From a virus (taxonomy: Duplodnaviria > Caudoviricetes), in IMG/VR virus record IMGVR_UViG_3300010885_029461, positions 2,991 to 66,990 of that record: a stretch of DNA of 64,000 nt, one strand, 5' to 3'. Below, piece by piece: positions 27,976 to 38,425 of the stretch. Positions within the stretch are counted from its first letter, which is position 1. Each line of letters starts with the position of its first letter. The position numbers and the translations under genes are program-made. The notes beneath the pieces were generated by a model. That model saw only the letters and a list, made by a program, of their open reading frames with translations, did no database searches and had not been told where the DNA came from.

Positions 27976-29312
27976 TGGCTAAAATTGATTTAGATTTTTT
28001 TGAGAAAATCATATTTTATAATATCCTTAAAAAAGATTGCACTTTTCTAGCATCATGTATTGATCATCTGGATAAAGAGTTATTTAAAGATAAAGATATA
28101 GGCATAATCGTCAATATCATCAAGGATTTCTATTTAGAAAATTCCACTACCCCGACACTTACAGAACTTAAGGTAAGGGTAATGACTGCTCAAGCCAAAA
28201 CGCATCTTGAAAATGCTATCAAGACAATCAGATCGCTTGATAGTGAATATAATGAAGATGAATTAATCCGTAATACGGAACATTTTTTAAGACAGCGGAA
28301 AATTGAATTATTATTAAATAAGACAATTGATCAAAAAATTACTGATAAACAAGTTGATTTAGAAAGCTTCCAAAAAGAAAGTGAACAGATTCATGCAATA
28401 TCTTTAATTGATAATCTTGGATTAGAATACTTTGCAGAAATTGATAGAGTTACTGATTACTTTAATCAAACTGATAATATTTTTTCATCAGGTTATGTTG
28501 GATTTGATCAAGCTATTGGTGGGGGATTCTTCCATGAAGGAAAACAGTTTGGCGTAATTGGAGGGGAAACAAACGTAGGTAAATCTATCTGTTTAGCCAA
28601 TATCGTAGTCAATGTTTTATTACAGAATAAAAATGTATTATTATACACATTAGAAATGTCTGAAATGCGATATGCCAAACGTATATCTGCTATTTTAACA
28701 GGTATTGCATTAGCCAACTTACCAAGCAGCGTTGATAATTTTAAAGAATATATCAACAATTTTATTCGAGAACATATGTCTCGGTTGATAATTAAAGAGT
28801 TTCCCACCAAGAGTGTATCTGCAAAGACGTTGTTAGCACATGCGGGCTTGTTAAAGAGGCGCAAAGCGTTTCAACCAGACTTTATAGCCTTTGACTATCA
28901 TGCGCTTTTAAAGCCATCTGTGACGCAAGCATCGAAGCATACAGAAATGCAGTTTATTACACAAGAATGCCGTGGATTAACTTATCTACTAGGTGCTCCC
29001 GGTTGCAGCGTAGCACAACTTAACAGAGGCGCACATAAACAGGAATCTCCCGGTTTAAATTCTGTGTCGGGATCATGGGATATGATTTCTGATGAAGATT
29101 GGCATGTGAATATTTGGCAAACTGATATTGATCGTGAACAGAATATTCTTCGCTACATTGGCGAAAAAGCTAGAGACGGTGCAAAAGGATACTCCGATTT
29201 TTGGACTATCGACTATGATACCTTAAAGTTGACAGAAAACGAACAAGCGTCTAGGGATGTGCCGCAAGTGGATAGAGAAATGACTAGTTTCACCTTTGAG
29301 GAATTGCATTGA
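27975..29312 (+). CDS. gp41: replicative DnaB-like helicase (gp41)
   Basis: GETNVGKS, TLEMSE, IKEFPT, FDY, AQLNR, KARDG. Confidence 0.93.
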   Translation: MAKIDLDFFEKIIFYNILKKDCTFLASCIDHLDKELFKDKDIGIIVNIIKDFYLENSTTPTLTELKVRVMTAQAKTHLENAIKTIRSLDSEYNEDELIRNTEHFLRQRKIELLLNKTIDQKITDKQVDLESFQKESEQIHAISLIDNLGLEYFAEIDRVTDYFNQTDNIFSSGYVGFDQAIGGGFFHEGKQFGVIGGETNVGKSICLANIVVNVLLQNKNVLLYTLEMSEMRYAKRISAILTGIALANLPSSVDNFKEYINNFIREHMSRLIIKEFPTKSVSAKTLLAHAGLLKRRKAFQPDFIAFDYHALLKPSVTQASKHTEMQFITQECRGLTYLLGAPGCSVAQLNRGAHKQESPGLNSVSGSWDMISDEDWHVNIWQTDIDREQNILRYIGEKARDGAKGYSDFWTIDYDTLKLTENEQASRDVPQVDREMTSFTFEELH

Positions 29313-29605
29313 TTATAGATAGTGGTGGAATAAATAATTCCATGCTCCCCTATGAACATACAGTACCTAGCCCAAATGAAATAATTAATGAGATTGAGTT
29401 AGAGGAAACCATTAATAAATTTGGCGCATGGGTGTCAATTATAACTAATAAACCATTATCATGTGTGTCATTATTTTCAATGCTTAGAAAAGATGAAAAT
29501 CTGTGCACATTATTACTTGAACTAACCGATCATTCATGGTACAATATCGTATCCTATATGAGCCATAGATGGCCCGTTTTAAATAAATCTAAAAAGATTA
29601 AATGA
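29309..29605 (+). CDS. hypothetical protein (start uncertain)
   Basis: ORF in operon. Confidence 0.6.
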   Translation: MIIDSGGINNSMLPYEHTVPSPNEIINEIELEETINKFGAWVSIITNKPLSCVSLFSMLRKDENLCTLLLELTDHSWYNIVSYMSHRWPVLNKSKKIK

Positions 29606-30045
29606 ACTCCAAATTTCCAGATTTTGACTTTGACAAATGGTTAAACCATTTTGTAGAAATGCTATATACAATAGACTCTCGGAATACTGATAATATGGAA
29701 CATGAATGCCCTGTTGACATTCAAAAAGAAAAGTTCCTAACACAGGAACATATTTTTTATGATGATTTTGGGGTAGATTTCTGTGCCAATTATTTAGAAA
29801 ATATTACTCGGTTTAATTGTTTCATGAGATATATAATGCAGGAGGATCGCACTTTTAAAGATTTGATTATTTTTATACTTCGTATTATAGTACCTGCATC
29901 TAAAACCCATGAGGATATAGCCCGTGCTATATTGAGAGGAAAATCATATAGAACAGTGAACGATATGTTGTTCACTCAACATACAGCAACTTGTATTTTT
30001 AATACCCTTAAAACCTTACAAATTCCTTTAAAAGATGATAACTGA
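29602..30045 (+). CDS. hypothetical protein
   Basis: ORF in operon. Confidence 0.65.
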   Translation: MNSKFPDFDFDKWLNHFVEMLYTIDSRNTDNMEHECPVDIQKEKFLTQEHIFYDDFGVDFCANYLENITRFNCFMRYIMQEDRTFKDLIIFILRIIVPASKTHEDIARAILRGKSYRTVNDMLFTQHTATCIFNTLKTLQIPLKDDN

Positions 30046-30697
30046 AGCGCAAAAGAATATCTATAATTGGTATTTAAGAGCACAGCGAGTTCATAATAAT
30101 AAACCTTTCCGATATAGAAAGAATTTCCACAACTTAGATAAGGAAACCTTTTATCCGCATTTGTTAAAGATTGAGAGAGTTTTTCAGAAATACCCGCATC
30201 TGATGCGTAGAGAATTTTTTGATGCTCCATATATTATCTATAATGATGCAAAGAAATTTTATGGTTTAAATTTCTTTTCTTCACTTAAAGGATTAACTAC
30301 CTGCATAGCATATTTCAAGTTACTTGCTCAACAACAGCCCGATGAGCAAATAGATTTTCTGAAAGAGTCCCTTAGATTTGTTACTAATTTCTGTGCAGAA
30401 CACGACCTAATGTTGAACCAATATATTCGGTTTAAATCTATCGCACAAAATGATTGTCTAAAACATCTTAAAAATCATCAAATATCATGGTATTTGGTTA
30501 TGGCAATTCCGGGTTTTATAAATCTGGTGCAATCATTGCCACGGGACGAATTTTCATTATATTTCGGTGAAGATATTGATCTAAATTTCTTGATTTCTGC
30601 GTATGGATCGAGTAAGTTAGCTAAAGTATTTCTCGAAAAAAAGATCAGAGAAATTGATGAATTTCTTATCAAGAAAAAAGATAAAATACCTAGCTAA
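30035..30697 (+). CDS. possible helicase loader (gp59-like)
   Basis: Basic helical 220-aa protein directly upstream of gp32, as in T4; no diagnostic motif confirmed. Confidence 0.4.
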   Translation: MITEAQKNIYNWYLRAQRVHNNKPFRYRKNFHNLDKETFYPHLLKIERVFQKYPHLMRREFFDAPYIIYNDAKKFYGLNFFSSLKGLTTCIAYFKLLAQQQPDEQIDFLKESLRFVTNFCAEHDLMLNQYIRFKSIAQNDCLKHLKNHQISWYLVMAIPGFINLVQSLPRDEFSLYFGEDIDLNFLISAYGSSKLAKVFLEKKIREIDEFLIKKKDKIPS

Positions 30698-30778
30698 ATT
30701 CGGTATTTTTAGATAAATAGCATAAAGGAGAATAACATATTTTCCTGATTAAAAAATAAAATAAATAAAATAAATAAA

Positions 30779-31720
30779 ATGACAAACCTAGACGAAATCC
30801 TTAATAATATTGGAACATTAAAAGATACAGAAGAAAAGAAAAATAAGACCGAAAATAATAGTGCGATTGATAGCCGCATTCTACGCTTTAAAAAAGGGTG
30901 TAAATATATCGGTCTTTTCGTACCAACCGCTAAAGATACTTTAGTAACTTATGAAGAAATTGGCTTCACAAGTCGGGTAGATCAGAGTTACGTTTACACG
31001 GGTAGAGCATATGCTGATCCTGCGTTAAAATATAAAGGTGAAAACATCCTTAATAAAACTCAATGGGAAGCATATAAGACTGCAAAGGCTAATAATGATG
31101 AAGCCGCAATGAAGGAAACTTACAAGTTGTTCCCTCAAAGAAAACAACTAGTTAACTTCTTGTTACTTCAAGTTATCGGTGACGATGCCGCAGCAAAAGA
31201 ACAAATCGGGGAAGTTAAAGTTGCCCGCTATCCTGCCGCATTAGACAAGGAAAAGAACCCAAAATCTGCCGCATATAAAGCAATCTTTGAAGGTTTGCTC
31301 GGTGCAGGTCAGAAGAAAATCGGGAAGAAAGGTTATATTCTTCCGAATACCGTAAATGATAATGTCAAATTTGTTTTTGATGTTATTGATAAAGGTGGTT
31401 TCCCGAATTATGATCAATCCAAATTTGATCTAATGGAAGAATACGAGATTGAAATGAATTATACCAAAGAACAAGTGTTGGAAATTCTGAACAAGGCACA
31501 TGATTTAAATGATTTGGTGCCGCCTCTTAAATCACCAGAGGAAATTAAGGAAATTCTTGATTTACATTGGTTTGGAACTAGCGCATCCGCAGAAGATGAC
31601 GTTGATGTTGACGACAATAATAGTATCGACACTACCGTTTCTGATGAAGATGATGAAATTCCACATCTTGGAACAAAATCTAAGAATTTTGATGAAGAAC
31701 TTGATGAATTACTAGCATAA
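30779..31720 (+). CDS. gp32: single-stranded DNA-binding protein (gp32-like)
   Basis: KGGFPNYDQSKF motif, long acidic tail ending FDEELDELLA, size about 310 aa. Confidence 0.8.
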   Translation: MTNLDEILNNIGTLKDTEEKKNKTENNSAIDSRILRFKKGCKYIGLFVPTAKDTLVTYEEIGFTSRVDQSYVYTGRAYADPALKYKGENILNKTQWEAYKTAKANNDEAAMKETYKLFPQRKQLVNFLLLQVIGDDAAAKEQIGEVKVARYPAALDKEKNPKSAAYKAIFEGLLGAGQKKIGKKGYILPNTVNDNVKFVFDVIDKGGFPNYDQSKFDLMEEYEIEMNYTKEQVLEILNKAHDLNDLVPPLKSPEEIKEILDLHWFGTSASAEDDVDVDDNNSIDTTVSDEDDEIPHLGTKSKNFDEELDELLA

Positions 31721-31762
31721 TTCTTTAAAATGGCAAATGGATGGGCTAAGTAGAGTGGTACA

Positions 31763-32389
31763 ATGAATGAAGACGTTGACATCGCTCTCTTAGCCCATCA
31801 AGCCAATATGGGTTTAAATCAAATTTATCAATCTCGCCAACCACAACGGATTGATCCCCGTCAATTTTTAAATAATAATTACGGAGGACAACAAGGCAGA
31901 CCCAATTTCAATCCTAGCTATCCCCCGCAACAACAACAACCATATTATCCTCAAGTAGGAGGCGTAGAAGACTATGGTTTACCTTCACAGGTCGCTCCAC
32001 AAACTTCACAATTACCTTTAGTAATGAGAGATAGAGACGGTAATGTAGTAGACCTTTCACAAACACCTTCTGTGATGTCAGAAGGTCAAACCTATCCACC
32101 ATACCAACAACCAAATGGTATGAATGATGTTAGAGGGTTTCAAATTCCAGACTATTCAAAATATAACAAAGCACCTTCTTCACAAGATAATGAAGCAGAG
32201 GAATCAACACTGGATATAATTTTAAGGGAAATAAAATCTTTGAAAAAAGCAGTAAATAAGTTGATTCGTGAAACTGAAAAGAGTAAATTATCAATAACAA
32301 GTCCATCACAACCTTTAGATATAAATGCAATTAACAATCAATCTCCGGTCATTTCAGAAGGAATTCCTTGCTCCAATTTTGGAGATTAA
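31763..32389 (+). CDS. Q/P/Y/G-rich low-complexity protein with a C-terminal coiled coil
   Basis: YPPQQQQPYYPQ, YPPYQQP; LDIILREIKSLKKAVNKLIRE. Confidence 0.7.
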   Translation: MNEDVDIALLAHQANMGLNQIYQSRQPQRIDPRQFLNNNYGGQQGRPNFNPSYPPQQQQPYYPQVGGVEDYGLPSQVAPQTSQLPLVMRDRDGNVVDLSQTPSVMSEGQTYPPYQQPNGMNDVRGFQIPDYSKYNKAPSSQDNEAEESTLDIILREIKSLKKAVNKLIRETEKSKLSITSPSQPLDINAINNQSPVISEGIPCSNFGD

Positions 32390-33059
32390 TAAAGAAGGTA
32401 AGGCTGCAATTTTCGGTACAGATACAGAATTATATAGTATCTCACAGACAGCAGATAATAGAGTGGTATTATATAATACCTATACACCTGTGGCAATAGA
32501 TGAACCTTTAACACGTTTCAATATTAATCTTGCCCGTGTGATTAAAGCCTTGAACTGTGTAAAACAGACAGAAAGTTTTTCCACTTTTAACATATTAAAT
32601 AATTCACTTTCATATCAAGACGATCTAATTAAATTTAATATAAGATTGCTAAGTGACAATCTCATGATGACTCCTAAGATCAATCCAGAGAATATTAAAA
32701 ATTTCCCCTTTTCTTCAGAGATTTATGTAGAGTCTGATGTTATAAAAGATATTAAACGGGTTCTAGATTTTTCCACATCTACTGATAAATTTTATATAGA
32801 AGTTGAAGGCGATAAACTATATTTCTTGTTTGGCGATAAGGCAGAAGATACCGCTAATGTACAGGATGATATTAGAATATTAGTTTCTGATAAGTTCAGC
32901 GGAACTATTCCATCAAATATATTCAATGTTAATATATTGAAATTAATCGAAAAGTCAAAAAATGACTTAATATTTAAAGTAGGTAAAAATGCTATGATGG
33001 TCAATATTCAAAATGAAAGTAGCACCCTGCAATATATAACAACTTCTTTAAAGAAATAA
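32325..33059 (+). CDS. probable sliding clamp (gp45/PCNA-like)
   Basis: About 245 aa with a two-fold alpha/beta pattern and C-terminal beta strand (TLQYITTSL); replication context. Confidence 0.55.
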   Translation: MQLTINLRSFQKEFLAPILEINKEGKAAIFGTDTELYSISQTADNRVVLYNTYTPVAIDEPLTRFNINLARVIKALNCVKQTESFSTFNILNNSLSYQDDLIKFNIRLLSDNLMMTPKINPENIKNFPFSSEIYVESDVIKDIKRVLDFSTSTDKFYIEVEGDKLYFLFGDKAEDTANVQDDIRILVSDKFSGTIPSNIFNVNILKLIEKSKNDLIFKVGKNAMMVNIQNESSTLQYITTSLKK

Positions 33060-33060
33060 T

Positions 33061-33330
33061 ATGGAGATAGATCATATACCCCTACCCCCACAAAAATATG
33101 TGGTTCATGAAAATATATTATATAAAATTTTATGGGATTATGCCAACGTTCCTCCACGACTCTTAATTACTAAAGATGGTAGAAGTTACTGGAGTATATC
33201 AAATACTATATTTTCTAGTAATATAGAAAAAAGAGATATACAAATAATTTCGTTAGTAGAATTCTACAACTTATGCATAACATGGAACATACCAATAGAA
33301 CAATTTAACTTTAATATACCCAAATTATAA
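33061..33330 (+). CDS. hypothetical protein
   Basis: ORF in operon. Confidence 0.55.
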   Translation: MEIDHIPLPPQKYVVHENILYKILWDYANVPPRLLITKDGRSYWSISNTIFSSNIEKRDIQIISLVEFYNLCITWNIPIEQFNFNIPKL

Positions 33331-33334
33331 TTTT

Positions 33335-33643
33335 ATGAGAGACACATACTTAGACTACGCTACCTTCTTAGGTAAGATTAAACATTATGAATGTACTATT
33401 CATAAATTAGACATTATCTATCATCCATCAGATCATAGATGCTGGACAGCATTAATCAATCCTGAAAAGGAGAATATTGTTGTCACATATGGCATTAATA
33501 AATATGGACCGGGATCGAGATTCTTTGATATCTTAACATCCACTAAAACTATGATTGATGTTTATCAAGAGGATATATATCCAATTATTGAAAATCTGCT
33601 CGGCAAAGGAATTACAACAACAATATTTGAAATCAATGAGTAA
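33335..33643 (+). CDS. hypothetical protein
   Basis: ORF in operon; WTALINPE resembles the next gene's WSIMVDNG. Confidence 0.65.
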   Translation: MRDTYLDYATFLGKIKHYECTIHKLDIIYHPSDHRCWTALINPEKENIVVTYGINKYGPGSRFFDILTSTKTMIDVYQEDIYPIIENLLGKGITTTIFEINE

Positions 33644-33959
33644 CAATCGCATAACAACACAGTCATACACCATTAAACGTTTACGGGATAGTGGTTATAT
33701 AGTAGATCGTTTAGACGCACTTTCTTACCAAGAAAGTGATAAACGAAAATGGTCTATCATGGTAGATAACGGAGTATCATCTATCATTCTAACATGTTTC
33801 AAAGATTCATCTATCCAATTATATGATGGAGCCAGATTCTTCAATCCTAATCTTAGGCTGGATACTGATTCTGTAGAAGTATTAATTGAATACTTTAACG
33901 AACGAGGCATTGTTAATAAACATTGGAATTACGGTAAACCAAAGACCGAAACCGTTTAA
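33636..33959 (+). CDS. hypothetical protein (start likely MSNNRITT at 33636)
   Basis: YTIKRLRDSGY...DKRKWSIMVD. Confidence 0.7.
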   Translation: MSNNRITTQSYTIKRLRDSGYIVDRLDALSYQESDKRKWSIMVDNGVSSIILTCFKDSSIQLYDGARFFNPNLRLDTDSVEVLIEYFNERGIVNKHWNYGKPKTETV

Positions 33960-33962
33960 TAT

Positions 33963-34313
33963 ATGGCAAAGAAGAAACCAACTAAAAAACAAATCAATGA
34001 GGAACTTAACACTTATGAAGAAGTGGAAGAATTCATTGACGGGCTTCCTCCTGCTAGAATGCCTAAGAAATTCAAACATTTATCACCAGATAAAAAGGAA
34101 GAATTTGTTAAGAAATTGAAACATTTATTACATGAATTCATGGACTGTTACATGTTGGTAGGTTTTTCAGTGGATGGATTAGAAACAATGATTGTAGAGA
34201 ATCACGGTACTCCTATTGAAACCCGTGGATTAAATCATCTAGCTTTTGATTTTTTTAATCAATATTTTGATGATGAACCACCTATTCATATTATTGATCC
34301 AGACGATTTATAA
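33963..34313 (+). CDS. hypothetical protein
   Basis: ORF ending at a terminator. Confidence 0.7.
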   Translation: MAKKKPTKKQINEELNTYEEVEEFIDGLPPARMPKKFKHLSPDKKEEFVKKLKHLLHEFMDCYMLVGFSVDGLETMIVENHGTPIETRGLNHLAFDFFNQYFDDEPPIHIIDPDDL

Positions 34314-34343
34314 AAAAAGGGCGCTTATTTAAGCGCCCTTTTT
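34312..34343. terminator. bidirectional intrinsic terminator between convergent blocks
   Basis: AAAAAAAGGGCGCTT-ATTT-AAGCGCCCTTTTT. Confidence 0.92.
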
Positions 34344-34345
34344 CT

Positions 34346-34882
34346 TTATAGAGTTTTAACAAATTCTCGTAATGAGTTTGTTCGATTAAGCCATCCTTTG
34401 AGGAATTTGGCTTTCTTACCTGTTGCAATTGATTTATAAAAACCTTCAAGGTGGGTTAATAATCTTTCAATAGTTTCTTTAGTAGGAGTTTCATTAGCAA
34501 CTTTTAATGTTTTAGGACCGATAATACCATCGGAAGTTACTTTAATAGCATTCTGTAACCAATGAGACGCATTACCCTTACCAGTATTAACACCGATATT
34601 GGCAATAACTTCACCAACTCCTTTAGGAAGTTTATCAGCCTTAACACCTAACCAATAGGTATCATAATAAATTTGCAAAGCTTGATCCTTCGTTAGGTTT
34701 TTAATATCTAATTTAGGATGCGAACGTTGATCAATACCATACTTGGTTACTCCACCGGGATCATCTTTATCGTCTTCGAAAATGACATTCCCCTTTTTGT
34801 CATATACACATTCCCATTTAAAAATGAAATTAATCCATTTTAAGAAACGTGTGTCTTTTTTAATAGTGTCTAAATCAGCCAT
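34346..34882 (-). CDS. glycoside hydrolase family 108 lysozyme (endolysin) with peptidoglycan-binding domain
   Basis: WE...DDPGGVTKYGI, YYDTYW, VNTG, DGIIGPKT, FLKGWLNR. Confidence 0.9.
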   Translation of the reverse strand: MADLDTIKKDTRFLKWINFIFKWECVYDKKGNVIFEDDKDDPGGVTKYGIDQRSHPKLDIKNLTKDQALQIYYDTYWLGVKADKLPKGVGEVIANIGVNTGKGNASHWLQNAIKVTSDGIIGPKTLKVANETPTKETIERLLTHLEGFYKSIATGKKAKFLKGWLNRTNSLREFVKTL

Positions 34883-34966
34883 AATATATTATTTATCATT
34901 TTATAAGCAATTACTGGGAGTATTTCCAATGAGGATAGGATTTTCCTTAGAATTATCAGTATCTAC

Positions 34967-36928
34967 TTAAGCATTAAATTGGGAAAGATTAGCCAAGTCT
35001 TGTTTCAATTGTCCATATTGCTCTTCCATTTGTTTTTCCAATGCTTTCATTTTCTGTTCAATTTGCTTACGAGTATAATTGGATGTACGAACACCTTCAC
35101 CTTTAGGAAGTGTGTCTTTTTGACCCTTTTCAGGAGTAGCATTTTTCTTACCTTCAGAGGTAGAAAGGGGAGCCAATTTATCAAATACATAATTTGCAAT
35201 GGCAGGAACATTAGTATTGTTATTTGCACCAACCTTACGAACTTCATCGTGCATGCTACCTTCACCTTTTAAGGTCAAAGGAAGTGTTGGGAAATTATGA
35301 TAATGAGGATGCATACATATAACATTATCTGATGCCACACTATAAACTTCTAAACAATGATCATCTCCATTTGAATCTTTACCAATTGCTCTGCCTATAT
35401 ATGCACCTGCTAATAAATCACCATATGTAGTACCTCTAGTATTTCCACTAGTATCAGGAGACATTTTTTTGCCATTCATTCCACTATAGGGTCCGGGACA
35501 ACAATATCCATCGGGTTTACATGCTCCTTGAGGAGGAGGAATGCCTATAGGTGTAGGTTCTTTCTGAATGGCTAATTCGAAATCTGCTTCTGTAGTGTGC
35601 CATTCCAACGGTGCAGTGATATGGTGCAGTGATACTTCTCCTTCTACATGTAATCCACCTTTTACCACAGCATTTATTCCTACATTAAGATTACTATCAA
35701 TTAATAATTGTTGCTCAATACCCTTTTTACCTGTTATTTCATTTGGTCTGAAAGATATAATATCAGCACTTAAGTCAATACGCTTCGCAGCCAATGCTAT
35801 TTCGCTACGGGAACTGAATAACATATTTTCCATGGCAGCAGTGAACAATGTTCCCCCCAACTGCATTTGCCCTGTTGTCTTAAGAGATATTCCACCAGAA
35901 CCAGCAACAAGATTGAATCTGTTATTTGCTTGAACATCATATATTCCACCGGGAAGATACTCAACGTCAACAGCTTCCACCAAAGGACTTTCTTTATATT
36001 GTATATAAAGATTAGTTCCTTTAGGATCAATTTTGACACCACATGGAACTAACTTACCAACTGGATCACGACGGTATGATTCCAAATCATTCATAACTAA
36101 TCCCACAGACACTATTAAATCCTTAGCAATAGTTAATATCTGTGAACCACCCGCAGGATTCTTATTCTGTCCTAAATGTCTTTCTATTTCATATAATTTT
36201 TTCTGTAATTCAACACGTTTTTCTACGATCTTAGCCTTATCAGGATCAGGATCAAAGTTACCATCTTGAGAAGACGGACTGAATAAAGAACCTCCACAAA
36301 CGAAACAATCATTTCCACCCGCATTAACACTCTTGTTGTAGCTATCCTTTGTTTGGTTAATCTTCTGGATTTGACGGCATGTAGCGGACTTCAAGGAACC
36401 TGACCCTAATGTCATTGCAGAGTCGGTTACAAGCACCTTAGATTGCATTCCATGGATAGGACAAGAAGGATTGGGACCAGACTTTGATTGCTTTGGAGAT
36501 TGATCCATAGAATATTCATAATTAGTTCTTTGTGTATCGAATTTACGAACAACATCATGATAATCCTTAATAGCTTTTTTATATTCTTCTACATACTTTT
36601 GCCATTTAACAATATCACCAACTTTATATAAAACATCCCCTAATACAATAGTTTCAACATTTTGATCCATTGTATTAACTTGATTACCTCCCACATGGGC
36701 AAACTCATCCCCGGTAATATGTTGTCGTTTATTTCGTACCACTAAACTTTCTTTACCGTCTTTGAAATAACGATCAAATGATCCTGTTTTGTAACCCACG
36801 GTAAAAACTTCTTCATCCTTTGTATTGATAAATTCTAGATGCCCCGCAGGTTGATTTATCAAAGATAAATCTCTTAACTTATCGCCTGCATTAGCAGGAT
36901 CATTGGAATATTTGTTAGGGTAATGCAT
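34967..36928 (-). CDS. baseplate central spike, C-terminal part (gp5C-like)
   Basis: GHLEF followed by beta-helix-type repeats (HITGDEFAHVGGNQVNT..VETIVLGD), LHVEGEV, HPHYH; directly downstream of the gp5 OB-fold gene. Confidence 0.6.
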   Translation of the reverse strand: MHYPNKYSNDPANAGDKLRDLSLINQPAGHLEFINTKDEEVFTVGYKTGSFDRYFKDGKESLVVRNKRQHITGDEFAHVGGNQVNTMDQNVETIVLGDVLYKVGDIVKWQKYVEEYKKAIKDYHDVVRKFDTQRTNYEYSMDQSPKQSKSGPNPSCPIHGMQSKVLVTDSAMTLGSGSLKSATCRQIQKINQTKDSYNKSVNAGGNDCFVCGGSLFSPSSQDGNFDPDPDKAKIVEKRVELQKKLYEIERHLGQNKNPAGGSQILTIAKDLIVSVGLVMNDLESYRRDPVGKLVPCGVKIDPKGTNLYIQYKESPLVEAVDVEYLPGGIYDVQANNRFNLVAGSGGISLKTTGQMQLGGTLFTAAMENMLFSSRSEIALAAKRIDLSADIISFRPNEITGKKGIEQQLLIDSNLNVGINAVVKGGLHVEGEVSLHHITAPLEWHTTEADFELAIQKEPTPIGIPPPQGACKPDGYCCPGPYSGMNGKKMSPDTSGNTRGTTYGDLLAGAYIGRAIGKDSNGDDHCLEVYSVASDNVICMHPHYHNFPTLPLTLKGEGSMHDEVRKVGANNNTNVPAIANYVFDKLAPLSTSEGKKNATPEKGQKDTLPKGEGVRTSNYTRKQIEQKMKALEKQMEEQYGQLKQDLANLSQFNA

Positions 36929-36937
36929 TGATTTTAT

Positions 36938-38425
36938 TTAGTCGACTCCGAATATATTCTTAATATCATTTTTAGATGCATAAGTTCCAATAATGATGGG
37001 ACGATTAGGATCACCTTGTTCAAAGCGCACCCATACGTGTGCGCCCGGTGCAGGCATAGATACAATACCTTTAAAGTTATTATTTTGATCAGAAGGACGA
37101 TAAGGACCATTCATGTCAGGTTTACCTTGTAAATTTGCTTCGGTATTACTTTTATATTGTGTTGTATTTGGGGTGCCCTGATTCTGTGTATATCTGGATG
37201 CATCGTTATGCACGCCCACTAATGAATTTCTTCTAGTCTGTATAGGTAGTAATGATGTATTAACATGGTTATATAATTCACTTCCGCCGCCGCCTCTAGA
37301 AATCATTGTTTTATTGGTAGTACCTCTAGGCATAATGATATTACCTAAAGTTTGCAACAATCCTAAATTAGCAATAATCAATGGTAAGATTTTCTGTAAC
37401 TTTGATATGTTTGTGGGAGAGCCATTAGTTGCCAAGGTTATTTTATTGATATTATCTGCACTGATACCTACGGCCATATTACCCGCTTTATAGATATAAC
37501 TGTTTCCATTCATAGATGAATAGTAGAAATCTTGTGTAATTTTATTGCTTCCGTTTATTGTCATACGTATCGGAATATCATTATAATTTGCTGGAAAGTT
37601 TGATGAAGTAGATGTTTCGAATAGAATAGGTGGATTATATCTTATAGTTGTATTATCAATAGGAACGAAACACTTTACTCCGAAAATAGTAGCATTCACA
37701 TCAACCTTTTTATCATTGATAGTGATGTCAGGGTTTTGCACATCTAAAGTGATTCGTGATATAGAAATATTTTTATCAGTGTTGAAATCATTAATAGGAT
37801 TAGCATCAGATGGAGGTATAATAGTTTCACCTATAGTATATGTCTTAGGCTGATTTTGTATCAAATCAGATATACATGAATTCTTTTTATAACCTAAATA
37901 TATAGAAGGAAAGGATGTCTGATTAGGATTTCCATTACCACAATTGGTAGGCAAACACATAGTTCTTCCGGTGGTAACATCTATTTGATAAACTGATTGG
38001 CGAGGTTGCTTCGCATATGAATCAGTAGTGGGAGGAGCATCCTTTCTTTGTGATTCTTCTGATTTATCTTGCTCAAATGCTTCTGCGGTTTTGTTGCTGT
38101 CTTGACTGGTCAAACCTCCATCATTACCTATAAATGATTTATTAGCGGCTGCATCGAAAAATGCAGGAGTTGACATACCAAAAATAGGATAGGAGACTTC
38201 TGCCCACGGCAACATTTTACGTAATCTATCTTGGATTTCACGAGTTAATGATGTTCCTGTGTTATCGCCCATATGGGTGATAGCTTTATCGTTTTTAAGG
38301 TCTTTATTCCAATTTGTGAGAAGAGTGGCATTGACTTCGGGAACGTACACCTTTACTCGTCCGGCAGTATTCGGATCATTATGATTGATAATAATCCCTC
38401 GGTATTGATCATTATATTGTCCCAT
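36938..38425 (-). CDS. baseplate hub gp5 N-terminal OB-fold protein with a large insertion
   Basis: YRGIIINHNDPNTAGRVKVYVP, LPWA, and C-terminal MPAPGAHVWVRFEQGDPNRPIIIG. Confidence 0.8.
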   Translation of the reverse strand: MGQYNDQYRGIIINHNDPNTAGRVKVYVPEVNATLLTNWNKDLKNDKAITHMGDNTGTSLTREIQDRLRKMLPWAEVSYPIFGMSTPAFFDAAANKSFIGNDGGLTSQDSNKTAEAFEQDKSEESQRKDAPPTTDSYAKQPRQSVYQIDVTTGRTMCLPTNCGNGNPNQTSFPSIYLGYKKNSCISDLIQNQPKTYTIGETIIPPSDANPINDFNTDKNISISRITLDVQNPDITINDKKVDVNATIFGVKCFVPIDNTTIRYNPPILFETSTSSNFPANYNDIPIRMTINGSNKITQDFYYSSMNGNSYIYKAGNMAVGISADNINKITLATNGSPTNISKLQKILPLIIANLGLLQTLGNIIMPRGTTNKTMISRGGGGSELYNHVNTSLLPIQTRRNSLVGVHNDASRYTQNQGTPNTTQYKSNTEANLQGKPDMNGPYRPSDQNNNFKGIVSMPAPGAHVWVRFEQGDPNRPIIIGTYASKNDIKNIFGVD

